From: Candidatus Heimdallarchaeota archaeon
GTDB taxonomy: Archaea; Asgardarchaeota; Heimdallarchaeia; Hodarchaeales; Hodarchaeaceae
DNA: 39,464 nucleotides
Assembly (NCBI GenBank): GCA_048881705.1
Contig: JBHLSH010000030.1
Location: forward strand, 1 to 39,464
Direction of reading: 5' to 3'
Part shown: in pieces, positions 28,036 to 37,341 of the stretch
Numbering within the stretch: position 1 is the first letter of the stretch
How the letters are laid out: every line of letters starts with the position of its first letter
Made by a program: the position numbers and the translations under genes
Notes under the pieces: generated by a model
Database searches by the model: none
Seen by the model: the letters and a program-made list of their open reading frames with translations, nothing else
Told to the model about the DNA's origin: nothing

Positions 28036-29664
28036 TCAAAGAAAATCTGGAGGTATTCTCGCATTGTGGGTAGTTGCATCCTGAAACGCTTTTGCTACAC
28101 TGAGAACGCCAGCTTCATCGTACAGGTTTCCAATAAAAGTTATGGAGGTGGGCATCCCTTTCCTAGTGAATCCATTTGGAACTACCACGGCGGGATGTCC
28201 AGTCAGATTTGTCAGCAATAGACTTCTGCTAAAGGAAGGAGCGATATATACATCAATCTCTTTGAAAAGATTGTGCATCTCTTGGATCAAGAGAGTTCGG
28301 ATTCGATTGGCCTGTATATACTCAACCGCTGGAATTAGGCGCGCTACTCTAAAAACATTTGGCCACGCATCTTCTTCCTGCCTTACCAAAAGACTATCAC
28401 GCTTAGTTCGGGTTAACGAATCGAAAGCCGCCGCTGCTTCGGCGGAGAGAATTATTGATAAGGCTTCGATGGGTAATTCCGGAAGATCGATGGGTTTCAA
28501 CTTGATCCCAAGCTTCTGCATTTCATATAGCACCGCAGCATCATTCATTTGCGCGTCGGGATTTTCTAAATAATATTCAGTATTATCAAAGGCTTTTTGA
28601 TCAAAACCGATACGGAAACCATCAATGGGGAGATTTCCATCCCAATTAAATGGAAATTCCACAATGGAACTATCCTGGCCGTCTGGACCGTAAATCGCGT
28701 CGAATACAACAGCGCAATCTTCAGTAGCTCTACAAATGGGGCCTATTTTATCCATACTCCAGCTGAGATTCATTGCACCGTATCTACTAACACGACCAAA
28801 CGTGGGTCTTAACCCAGTGGTTCCGCATTTATTGGAAGGAGACACAATTGAACCCCATGTTTCTGTACCGATTGAAAAAGCGACCAAACCTGCCGCGGTT
28901 GCGGATGCGGGGCCAGCTGAAGATCCACTTGATCCCTCGTGCCCATCCCAGGGAGTTTTAGTCTGATCTTTGAACCAAACGTCGCCCCAAGCTAACGCTC
29001 CCATGGATAATTTTCCGATCATTACGGCTCCCGCACCCTCCAGTTTTTTGATAACGGTGGCTTTTTCGTTTAACATCTGGTCTTTATATGGAGCTGCTCC
29101 CCATGTTGTAGGATATCCAGGGTAAGCAAAAAGATCTTTTACACCATAGGGTATCCCGTGTAATGGACCACGATAGTATCCGCTTTGGATTTCTTTATCG
29201 GCCCTTTCAGCCTGTTTAAGCGCAAGATCTTCAGTAACCGTGATGACACATTTGAGAATTGGATTATACGCCTTTATCCTCTTAAGATACATTTTCGTAA
29301 GATCCAAAGAGCTAATCTTTCGTGTTGATAACAACGAAGCCAAGATGGTTACGGTGGAAAATGCAAGACTCTCGATTTCCTCTGGAAGATCCACCCCAGT
29401 CGATTTACTAGTCTCTATTGGTTTTTTTTGTAGATTAAACGTCATTTGAGGAAGTTGAGGGGAAAAATATAACGCGGGTACAATTTTGTTCGAGATAGTG
29501 ACCTTTCTTATATCCTTATATTTGGAGTAATTCTCAGATACTCTCTTCATCATTAGTTCTTTTTGCTGAAGACTAAATTCTAATCCTGTTAATGCAATAG
29601 CAGACTCTATTTTCTCAACTGTTACATTTTCTATTTCGGTTTTTTTTTCAGTATTCATAAACAA
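28036..29664 (-). CDS. Amidase signature family hydrolase
   Basis: GPLHGIPYGVKD (Lys), GSSGSSAGP (cis-Ser), GTETWGSI (Ser), GLRPTFGRVS. Confidence 0.93.
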   Translation of the reverse strand: MFMNTEKKTEIENVTVEKIESAIALTGLEFSLQQKELMMKRVSENYSKYKDIRKVTISNKIVPALYFSPQLPQMTFNLQKKPIETSKSTGVDLPEEIESLAFSTVTILASLLSTRKISSLDLTKMYLKRIKAYNPILKCVITVTEDLALKQAERADKEIQSGYYRGPLHGIPYGVKDLFAYPGYPTTWGAAPYKDQMLNEKATVIKKLEGAGAVMIGKLSMGALAWGDVWFKDQTKTPWDGHEGSSGSSAGPASATAAGLVAFSIGTETWGSIVSPSNKCGTTGLRPTFGRVSRYGAMNLSWSMDKIGPICRATEDCAVVFDAIYGPDGQDSSIVEFPFNWDGNLPIDGFRIGFDQKAFDNTEYYLENPDAQMNDAAVLYEMQKLGIKLKPIDLPELPIEALSIILSAEAAAAFDSLTRTKRDSLLVRQEEDAWPNVFRVARLIPAVEYIQANRIRTLLIQEMHNLFKEIDVYIAPSFSRSLLLTNLTGHPAVVVPNGFTRKGMPTSITFIGNLYDEAGVLSVAKAFQDATTHNARIPPDFL

Positions 29665-29830
29665 TAAGGAATCAGTAGCAATTTAATACGATTTCCCTTT
29701 TCGAGACAATACCCTGCAGATATTCCCTTGTTTGTAGTCAGTAGGTATAGTATTTGTTTCAAAACAGATCATGCCTAATCTAGATCTGCCTTTCCGAGAG
29801 CTTTAATGGAATATAAAATCTATGGCTTTG

Positions 29831-30943
29831 TTATTTCATGAATGGATCTAAGCCTTTCCTTATTTCTTTATCCAATGTCGCTTTTCTCCCCGTTGTTTTG
29901 TCTGAATACTCAGCGATAAACGTTGAATTATCGGTTTGTTTTATTGATTTCACATGGGGGATCCAAATGCTTTTTTCCTGTCTTGTATGGACAGGAATAT
30001 CGTAAAATTTGCTCATATACTTTAAGGGGGAATTTTCTTCGATTTTACTCTGCAAGAAGTTTAAATGGCCTTCCAATCTAGATCTTACGTGCTTCTCAGA
30101 TAATTTTGGGACTTCCCCCACCTTGGAAACAATGAACTCTTTAAATCCTGAATCAAGCTCAAAACCAACGCTGCATCTTCCCCCAATCATTGCTGCAATC
30201 GTTGTTGTCCCAGTTCCAAGAAAAGGGTCTAACACGATATCTTCCTGTATGGAAAACATAAGAATAAGTCGCAAAGCTAGATCCAATGGAAAAGCCCCGC
30301 TACGATTCCTCAAGGAATTCGTGTTTCTTGACAATTTCTGGTTAGTTCCCCTTAAATTAGCCCACAAGTCAGAAAACCAACGATTTCGTTCTTCCCAGAA
30401 GAAAGCGCTCTCTCGTCTTCTTTGTTTTTCTTTTTCAGAGATAAAACGTCTTTTACCGCCTTTTCTAAAACAGATGATGTTTTCGTGCTCCAATGTTACA
30501 TATGCGCTTGGTGGAAGCATCCCCGATCCCATGAATTTATTTGGAGCATTTGTAGGTTTCCTCCATAATATTCCCGGAAGAACTTGAAAACCCAATTTGG
30601 TAAAGTATTCCAAAATCCGAGAATGATTTGGAAACAATTGAAAATCTTTTCCGATTTTCCTAGTGGCGTCACCCACGTTAATACATGCAATGGACCCGTT
30701 TTTCAAAACTCGATAGATTTCTTTCCAGACTGAATTCAATTCCTCATGCATTAAATCATATGCCTCTGGTCCATTCCCGTTAGATAGCGCGATTTTGATC
30801 CTAGGATTTTGGCTGGTAAACAGCTCATCCCACATTTCTATCATTGGATATGGAGGGGAAGTCACAACAAGATCTATTGAAGCAGGTGGTATTTTATCCA
30901 TGTTTTTGGAGTTTTCAAAATAGATCTTGTGAGAGGTCTTCAT
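29831..30943 (-). CDS. Beta-class amino DNA methyltransferase (N4-cytosine or N6-adenine)
   Basis: Catalytic motif IV VVTSPPY precedes motif I VLDPFLGTGTT, the beta order. Confidence 0.92.
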   Translation of the reverse strand: MKTSHKIYFENSKNMDKIPPASIDLVVTSPPYPMIEMWDELFTSQNPRIKIALSNGNGPEAYDLMHEELNSVWKEIYRVLKNGSIACINVGDATRKIGKDFQLFPNHSRILEYFTKLGFQVLPGILWRKPTNAPNKFMGSGMLPPSAYVTLEHENIICFRKGGKRRFISEKEKQRRRESAFFWEERNRWFSDLWANLRGTNQKLSRNTNSLRNRSGAFPLDLALRLILMFSIQEDIVLDPFLGTGTTTIAAMIGGRCSVGFELDSGFKEFIVSKVGEVPKLSEKHVRSRLEGHLNFLQSKIEENSPLKYMSKFYDIPVHTRQEKSIWIPHVKSIKQTDNSTFIAEYSDKTTGRKATLDKEIRKGLDPFMK

Positions 30944-30949
30944 TACAGT

Positions 30950-32134
30950 TCATTGATCCTCAATAAATTTCCTAATGTTGCTGAAAGCTGCCCTAATTTC
31001 TTTTTTCGAGCGTGAAAATGCCACACGAAAATAACCTTCAGCTGATTCGCCAAATCCCGTACCCGGGATGACTGCAACATTGGCATTCATCAGGAGATCG
31101 ATTGTAACTTGCTCAGCTGGTTTTTCTGTGAAATTATATCTAATAAATCCATAAAAGGCCCCATCAATGGTAGATAAATCTAACCCTTGAGTGTTTTTGA
31201 CCTCCTCCAGTAATACTTTCCTTCTATTCGGAAATAGCTCCCTAATTAGATTTCGGGCTTCTTGACGGTGTTTCAGTGCCGTTACTCCAGCCCATTGAGC
31301 GAAGCTCGTCGGGCATGTTGTTGTTGCTTGAAGAAATTTCAACATGCCCTCCGCTAAGGTACGATTGGACACCGTATAGCCTAATCGGTATCCCGTCATG
31401 CTGAAGGTCTTCGAAAATCCATTAATAGCGATTATTTTATCCATTAACTCCGGAAAAACCTTCAAAAGAGTTGGTTCTGCTGAATCTATGTAAGAATACT
31501 CACTATAGATTTCATCGCTAACAACAGCTATATCATGGTCTTCGATCAAGTCTTTGAGAAATGCCAGCTCCCGTTGGGTAAGAATATGACCCGTGGGATT
31601 ATTGGGATGGTTTACAATCATAGCCTTAGGCTTATTTGCACTAACCGATTCCAGAATAGCGTTGGTATTCAAACCAAATTCTGACGAATCAGAATGATAC
31701 ATTGGAATTGGCAAGAACTTCCCGCCTACTAGATGGGTCATTGCAGGATATGAAACCCAATATGGCTCTTGAACCAAAATGGGATCACCTCGATCAATAA
31801 CGGCGTATATCGCAGACAGAACGGCAAGTTTGCCGCTGGCTGTACACAGAATTTGGGTTGATGGATCTAGTGCAACTTTCCAATCCTCCTCATACATCTC
31901 GGCGATTGCTTGTCGAAGTTCGGGGATCCCTTTGCTTACAGTGTATGCAGTTTTTCCCTCAGTAATGGCATTTATCGTTGAATCAATAATCTGAGGAAGC
32001 GGCTGGAAATCGGGCTGCCCAATTTCCAGATGAATTACAGGAAAGCCTGCAGCTTCTCTTTCTTTTGCCATAGCGAAGAATTTACCTGTAGGTGATCCTG
32101 GTAGTGTTTTTAGCTGTTTTGGTAACATAATCAT
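30950..32134 (-). CDS. Class I/II PLP aminotransferase (aspartate aminotransferase-like)
   Basis: IGQPDF, NHPNNPTG, SDEIY and NGFSKTFSMTGYRLG (PLP Lys) motifs. Confidence 0.95.
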   Translation of the reverse strand: MIMLPKQLKTLPGSPTGKFFAMAKEREAAGFPVIHLEIGQPDFQPLPQIIDSTINAITEGKTAYTVSKGIPELRQAIAEMYEEDWKVALDPSTQILCTASGKLAVLSAIYAVIDRGDPILVQEPYWVSYPAMTHLVGGKFLPIPMYHSDSSEFGLNTNAILESVSANKPKAMIVNHPNNPTGHILTQRELAFLKDLIEDHDIAVVSDEIYSEYSYIDSAEPTLLKVFPELMDKIIAINGFSKTFSMTGYRLGYTVSNRTLAEGMLKFLQATTTCPTSFAQWAGVTALKHRQEARNLIRELFPNRRKVLLEEVKNTQGLDLSTIDGAFYGFIRYNFTEKPAEQVTIDLLMNANVAVIPGTGFGESAEGYFRVAFSRSKKEIRAAFSNIRKFIEDQ

Positions 32135-32153
32135 CCCATCTGTTATTACTTCG

Positions 32154-33284
32154 ATGGCTTTGATGAGGTTTTATCTTCTAGGAAAAAAAATAAAAAGATT
32201 ATTATTGGAGTCTGACTCCCTATCTAGATTACTGGATCCGCTTTTTATGAAAGTAGATGAATTTTTCTGTTTGTTCGTTATAGAGAAAGAGGTAAAATGG
32301 CATTTTGGGGATCCTGATGAGGAATTTCAAACTTTTGTTGTCAATTTTTTAACAGGTCTTGGTCAAATCGGTCAGGAATTGTTTGGGCAACACGGAGTCG
32401 CATCTATTGAATTTGAGCTCAAGAAGCGTTCCTATCATCAGTCATCAGAAATATTCATTGTTAGTCTTATGAATAGATTCTTTTTAATTCTATCAGATCC
32501 TCAAATTACACTTAAATTAATAGAAGGTAAAGGGGGAATCCCAACAGATATTCAGGACGCCATCTCCGCGGTTTTAGTGGGCCAAGCTGCGATGATATAC
32601 GGCCAGTGTATTACTGAAGCCGATACGGCTGATGCACGAGATTATTTGACCAAATTATGGCAGGATATAATCCTGGACATCGATCCGAACTACCATAAGG
32701 AAATTCCCAAAATCGTTGCTGAGAATTCAAGCAATTTCTCCATGTTGCCGCTTGATCATCTGCTGTATTTGCACTATTATCTGAGAAAGCAGCCGGAACT
32801 TACAAAACCATTGTCCTCGTCGGGGTGGGCCCTTGTTAGTCATCTCTCTGGAGGTGAAATCCATTTAGATTACAATGTGACCGATCGTGATCCAGTAGTA
32901 TTAGCGGGATACCTCGGAATCATAATTGCTTTCATAAAATCGATATTTGAAACGGGTGGTCCTGCGCAGATTACCTTTGGGACCAATAATATTAATCGAT
33001 TGTTTTTTGTGAATGGGAAGGAAGAATATTTCCTTGCTATTGATACACCTATTCATAACCTTATGCAAATCGATGAGTTCCATGATCGCTACTTTAGCAT
33101 GAGCAGACATGTACAAGAAGATCTTCACAGTTCTCTGCATCAACGTCTAATCCATGAAATCATTGGATTTGAATCAGAGATACTTGAGACGCAGGATATT
33201 GATGATCTAATCAAGAAAAGATATCAACCCAGAAAGAAAGGAGAAGTTCGTACGATACTTTCGCGCATTTTCGGAAGACTTTAA
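32154..33284 (+). CDS. Double longin/roadblock-like domain protein, paralogue A (start likely ATG 32247)
   Basis: Two beta-beta-helix-beta-beta-beta units (CLFVIEKEVKW...FVVNFLTGL..IGQELF; WALVSHLSGGEI...LAGYLGIIIAFIKSIF). Aligns along its length with 33292-34338. Confidence 0.7.
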   Translation: MALMRFYLLGKKIKRLLLESDSLSRLLDPLFMKVDEFFCLFVIEKEVKWHFGDPDEEFQTFVVNFLTGLGQIGQELFGQHGVASIEFELKKRSYHQSSEIFIVSLMNRFFLILSDPQITLKLIEGKGGIPTDIQDAISAVLVGQAAMIYGQCITEADTADARDYLTKLWQDIILDIDPNYHKEIPKIVAENSSNFSMLPLDHLLYLHYYLRKQPELTKPLSSSGWALVSHLSGGEIHLDYNVTDRDPVVLAGYLGIIIAFIKSIFETGGPAQITFGTNNINRLFFVNGKEEYFLAIDTPIHNLMQIDEFHDRYFSMSRHVQEDLHSSLHQRLIHEIIGFESEILETQDIDDLIKKRYQPRKKGEVRTILSRIFGRL

Positions 33285-33291
33285 CCTGGAA

Positions 33292-34338
33292 GTGGAGTTT
33301 ATTCACGCTGAAGAGAATTGGGCACTATTCGTTTTCGACAATAAGATCGAATGGTCATTTGGTGGCCCTGACGAGGAATTTAAAACTTTTGTAGTCAATT
33401 TCTTAAGGGGTTTGGGGAATATCGCTCAAGAAATTTTTGGAGAGAATTCAGTAGCTTCAATAGAGTTTGAAGTTAAAAAATATGCGGGGTTAAAGGCATC
33501 TGAAGTCTTTATTGTGTCACTACAGAATAAATTCTTTTTCGTTTGTTCAGATGCGGCGATTACTTTAAAGCTGATCACGGCAAAAGAGGGTCTGCCTGAA
33601 ATAATGGGAGAACAAATCAAGGCGGTCCTTGTAGGTCAAGCCTCCATATTGTTTGCTCATGCAGTCTCAAATGCAAAGCAAGAAAAAGAGGCCGAAGCAA
33701 TTGAATCGATCTTTCAAAACATTATCATTGACCTAAACCCTGCACATCAGGAAACGATTAACCAAATCTGTGGAAGGGGATCTTCGAATTTTTCTATGCT
33801 TTCTTTTGAAGAATTGTTGTTATTACATTGGAATTTACGAAAACAGAGGGGTCTCATTGACCAAATAACTCCGAAGGGATGGGCCCTAATGTCAATGTTC
33901 GGAGGGGGAGAAATGCCCATTTCATGGAATGTCGATCGAGACGTAATATTGGCTGGGTATTTATCTGTGATAATTGATTTTATCCAGACTTTGTTCGGGG
34001 GTGCGAGGCCCAAACGCTTGGTATTTGGTACCCATTTACTGTCCAGTCTTGAATTCGTTTATGGCAAGGTTTACTTCCTCGTTCTTGACACGTCCTTTTC
34101 TCAACTTTGTAATCAATCTGATTTCCTGAACTCGTTTCTGGCTCTTCCTAACCATGTGCTGGAAGATATTAAACCCGAGCTTCGAAAGCTTCTTGTCAAG
34201 GAATATTTGGATTATGTGTCACAACTTGTTGATCCATTGTCCACCGAAGACCTTTTGGATGCGTTCCACGAAATTACTAAATCTTCTGGATCCTCCTTGA
34301 AAGAAAAAATCCGCAGGATGTGGAAAAGACTTCTTTAA
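33292..34338 (+). CDS. Double longin/roadblock-like domain protein, paralogue B
   Basis: Shares PDEEF.TFVVNFL.GLG, VASIEFE.KK, AVLVGQA, SSNFSML, GWAL and LAGYL with the upstream gene; GTG start 7 nt after its stop. Confidence 0.72.
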   Translation: MEFIHAEENWALFVFDNKIEWSFGGPDEEFKTFVVNFLRGLGNIAQEIFGENSVASIEFEVKKYAGLKASEVFIVSLQNKFFFVCSDAAITLKLITAKEGLPEIMGEQIKAVLVGQASILFAHAVSNAKQEKEAEAIESIFQNIIIDLNPAHQETINQICGRGSSNFSMLSFEELLLLHWNLRKQRGLIDQITPKGWALMSMFGGGEMPISWNVDRDVILAGYLSVIIDFIQTLFGGARPKRLVFGTHLLSSLEFVYGKVYFLVLDTSFSQLCNQSDFLNSFLALPNHVLEDIKPELRKLLVKEYLDYVSQLVDPLSTEDLLDAFHEITKSSGSSLKEKIRRMWKRLL

Positions 34339-34550
34339 CCCTCCGTTGCATCACAGGTTCATTTATCAGAGTATTTTAAACAGCGAACATATAAGTGGAA
34401 TTATTGGATGGTTCAAAAGGTTTTTGAATCCTTCCTTCCAGTAATCTTTATACCAGACGAAGGCGGATCGAATCAAATAATCTGCCCCTAAGCAACTTTT
34501 CCCACCACTAGATAATAAGAATGTGTTTATAAAATTCCCCCGAATGCTAG

Positions 34551-34808
34551 GTGATAAGTATGGACGAAGAAATTGGATATATAGATAATTACTATACAAA
34601 GGTTGGTGTAGCTGTCTTGAATGTCACAAATGGATCGGTGCAAATTGGTGATAAACTTTCTATTAAGGGAGCTACTACAGATTTCGAGATGGTTGTTGAT
34701 AGTCTACAAATTGATCGTGCTGACGTAGATTCTGTGTCTGCTGGGACTTTGGTCGGATTAAAGGTTCCACAACGAGTTCGAAAGGGCGATAAGGTCTACA
34801 AGGTATGA
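34551..34808 (+). CDS. Small translation-factor domain II-like beta-barrel protein (EF-Tu domain 2 / U32 C-terminal-like; start likely ATG 34560)
   Basis: IGYIDNYYTKVGVA...GDKLSIKG..TDF...V.S.QI.......AG..VG.KV...VRKGDKVY; a GGTGA SD-like site lies upstream of 34560. Confidence 0.8.
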   Translation: MISMDEEIGYIDNYYTKVGVAVLNVTNGSVQIGDKLSIKGATTDFEMVVDSLQIDRADVDSVSAGTLVGLKVPQRVRKGDKVYKV

Positions 34809-34863
34809 AATTCGAAATCTCATGATCAATCCAAAAGAAAACACCTACATGTAAGGCGCAGGA

Positions 34864-37308
34864 ATGGGTAGGGCCTCGGAGCATTGTGAGATAAGTATGA
34901 TAGGAAATAATAGTTCATCAAGTATATCCGAGAGGAAAATATTAGCCATAGATGACGATGAGTGGTTCCTTGGGCTCCTGGTGAAAAAATTCGGTGATGT
35001 AGACCCTAGTTTCAAAATAACCACAGTATACTCAGCGAAGGCCGCCTTGGAGAAACTTGAGGTAGATTCGTTCGACTGTATTCTATGTGATCACAAATTA
35101 CCTGGCACCTTAATTATTGATGGTAAGGTTTTTCCAGCGGATGGAATTAATTTTCTTAGAAAACTCCAGGAAGAACTGAGAATAGATATACCTGTTATAT
35201 TTGTAACTGGCCAAGGATCGGAGGAAATCGCATCCCAGGCATTATTACAGGGCGCTTCAGGGTATTTCATAAAACGCGTTCAACCAGGGTATTACTCTCT
35301 TATGGCGACTTCTATTCGTCAGACAATTGATAGATATAGATTACAAAACGAACTTAAAAAGTCCGAAGCTAGATATCGGGATCTATTCGAGAATTCAACG
35401 GGCTTAATTTTGATTTTCGATACCGAGGGTACATTAAAGGAAGCGAATAATGAATTCTTTTTGAAATTCGGATATGACAGAGAGGAAATGGGGGCTTTAT
35501 CTTTTAAGGAGTTGGCTTTGGATGAAGATCGCCCCATATGGGCAGATTTAATAAAGAAAATCAAGGACGGATTATCTCTAACCATTGGAACTATTCTCCG
35601 TGGCGTCACCAAAAAGGGCAAAATCGTGCACCTCGATTTGACTGCACGACCAATTTATGGCAAAAAAACCGGGGAAGTTAGAGCAATTCAGGCATTAGCA
35701 ACTGACATTACGCACACAATACAGACGCAACAGGCTCTAATTGATTCAGAAGAGAAGCATCGAAAAATATTTGAGGGACTAATAGATACGGGAATCATTT
35801 TGATGACAAAGGAAGAAGTGATTTTAGATGTTAATTTAGCTTTTACGCAAATCTGCGGCCTATCAAAGGTAGAAACAATAGGAAAACCAATTTCGGAAAT
35901 TATGCATAAACTAAAACCCGTTAAATTTGATCCAAGCCAGGGAGAAATTTATTCAGACGATATGAACTGGCTTCATGAGCGTTTCCTACATATAATCGAT
36001 CCCTCATCCTCAGAGCGCTATTCTGAACTAATGTATTCTATTACAAACCTAGTCGATGACTCTAAGCATATAATTGAATCACGAGGCTTTACAATCGAAC
36101 ATTCTGCAGGATACCAAGTAGCCTTTGTTATGCGAGACATTTCTGCATGGGTTTTTTCGGAAGCAGAGAGAAATACTATCGCCCAAAGATTCCGTGTACT
36201 CATCGAACGGACTCCTATTGGAGTGTGGGTGAGTGATGTTCCCGATGAGAAAACAACTTACATAAACGAAAGTATGGCCAGGATGCTCGGGTATTCGCCA
36301 CATGAAATCATCGGATTCCCAGTTTTTGATTTTTTGACACAAGATAGTACAAAAAGGTTGAAAGAAATTACCCAAGGTAGAGAGGCTGGAAAAGAACTCA
36401 GCGAGTCGTATGAATTAACTTTTTTTCACAGATCTGGCAAACTGGTTCATACATTGGTAACTGGAGCCGCCATTCAGAGTACCAGCGGAGATCTTCAAGA
36501 AACTTATGGGTTTATCAGAAACATCACTGAGGAGAAAGCAAGGGCCTCAGAGCTACAGACAACCAAAGAGTTTTTGGAGGAGATTCTTACAAGTATCCCA
36601 GAGGGTGTTTATGTCTGGGATCGCAGAGAAAGAGTGACAATGGCAAATACACGCATGGCGAAGATCCTGGAATATACATCTAGCAGGGAACTAATAGGTC
36701 GAAGTCTGTACAGCTTTTTCCCCAATCGTGATCACGAACATATCAAAAATTTGGTCAAGGATAGATTGAGGGGGAACAGAAGTGAAACCTTCATGGACAT
36801 AACGTATGTTACGAGGAAGGGGAAGGAGGTAAAATCAAAGGTAACCTCTGTTCCTCTCGTAGCGGATAATGAGGTAGTAGGCGCGGTTGTTACGGTGACC
36901 GACATAACAGCAGTGTCAAAAATCGAAGAATCCTTTCATCAGGTCCAAGAAGAATTAGACATTCTAAGAGAAAATATTAATCAAGGTATCATATATGTGG
37001 ATAATCTAGGTAAGGTTTTATCCCACAATTCACAGGCCCAGGAGTTATTCGCCCATCTCAATGTTGACGTACGAACTCTAAATGTAATACACGACCCAAC
37101 GTTAAAAGAATCTGGACTGGGCGAAAAATTCCGGAACGTATTGTACCAAAAAGCTGAAAATGCAATTAATGAATTTTCCGTTGAAAAACTTATCACGAAG
37201 GGTATTCCATGGTATTTACGGTTTAAAGCCGTTCCTATATATAATATCTCGAAACCAACGATCCAAAAATGGTGCTTTTTTCTGGAAAAAGCCGATAGGA
37301 ATCCCTGA
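34864..37308 (+). CDS. Receiver domain plus five PAS domains, no output domain
   Basis: REC: ILAIDDD, phospho-Asp CDHKLP, VTG, FIK. Five PAS units begin at LFENS, IFEGL, LIERT, ILTSI and LRENI. No H-box. Confidence 0.9.
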   Translation: MGRASEHCEISMIGNNSSSSISERKILAIDDDEWFLGLLVKKFGDVDPSFKITTVYSAKAALEKLEVDSFDCILCDHKLPGTLIIDGKVFPADGINFLRKLQEELRIDIPVIFVTGQGSEEIASQALLQGASGYFIKRVQPGYYSLMATSIRQTIDRYRLQNELKKSEARYRDLFENSTGLILIFDTEGTLKEANNEFFLKFGYDREEMGALSFKELALDEDRPIWADLIKKIKDGLSLTIGTILRGVTKKGKIVHLDLTARPIYGKKTGEVRAIQALATDITHTIQTQQALIDSEEKHRKIFEGLIDTGIILMTKEEVILDVNLAFTQICGLSKVETIGKPISEIMHKLKPVKFDPSQGEIYSDDMNWLHERFLHIIDPSSSERYSELMYSITNLVDDSKHIIESRGFTIEHSAGYQVAFVMRDISAWVFSEAERNTIAQRFRVLIERTPIGVWVSDVPDEKTTYINESMARMLGYSPHEIIGFPVFDFLTQDSTKRLKEITQGREAGKELSESYELTFFHRSGKLVHTLVTGAAIQSTSGDLQETYGFIRNITEEKARASELQTTKEFLEEILTSIPEGVYVWDRRERVTMANTRMAKILEYTSSRELIGRSLYSFFPNRDHEHIKNLVKDRLRGNRSETFMDITYVTRKGKEVKSKVTSVPLVADNEVVGAVVTVTDITAVSKIEESFHQVQEELDILRENINQGIIYVDNLGKVLSHNSQAQELFAHLNVDVRTLNVIHDPTLKESGLGEKFRNVLYQKAENAINEFSVEKLITKGIPWYLRFKAVPIYNISKPTIQKWCFFLEKADRNP

Positions 37309-37341
37309 GACATATATCCACGTGATCAAAGTCTCGAAAAG

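Noticed and set aside
28142-30587. ORFs 28142-28573(+), 28736-28966(+) and 30009-30587(+)
   Set aside because: Antisense shadows of the amidase and the methyltransferase.
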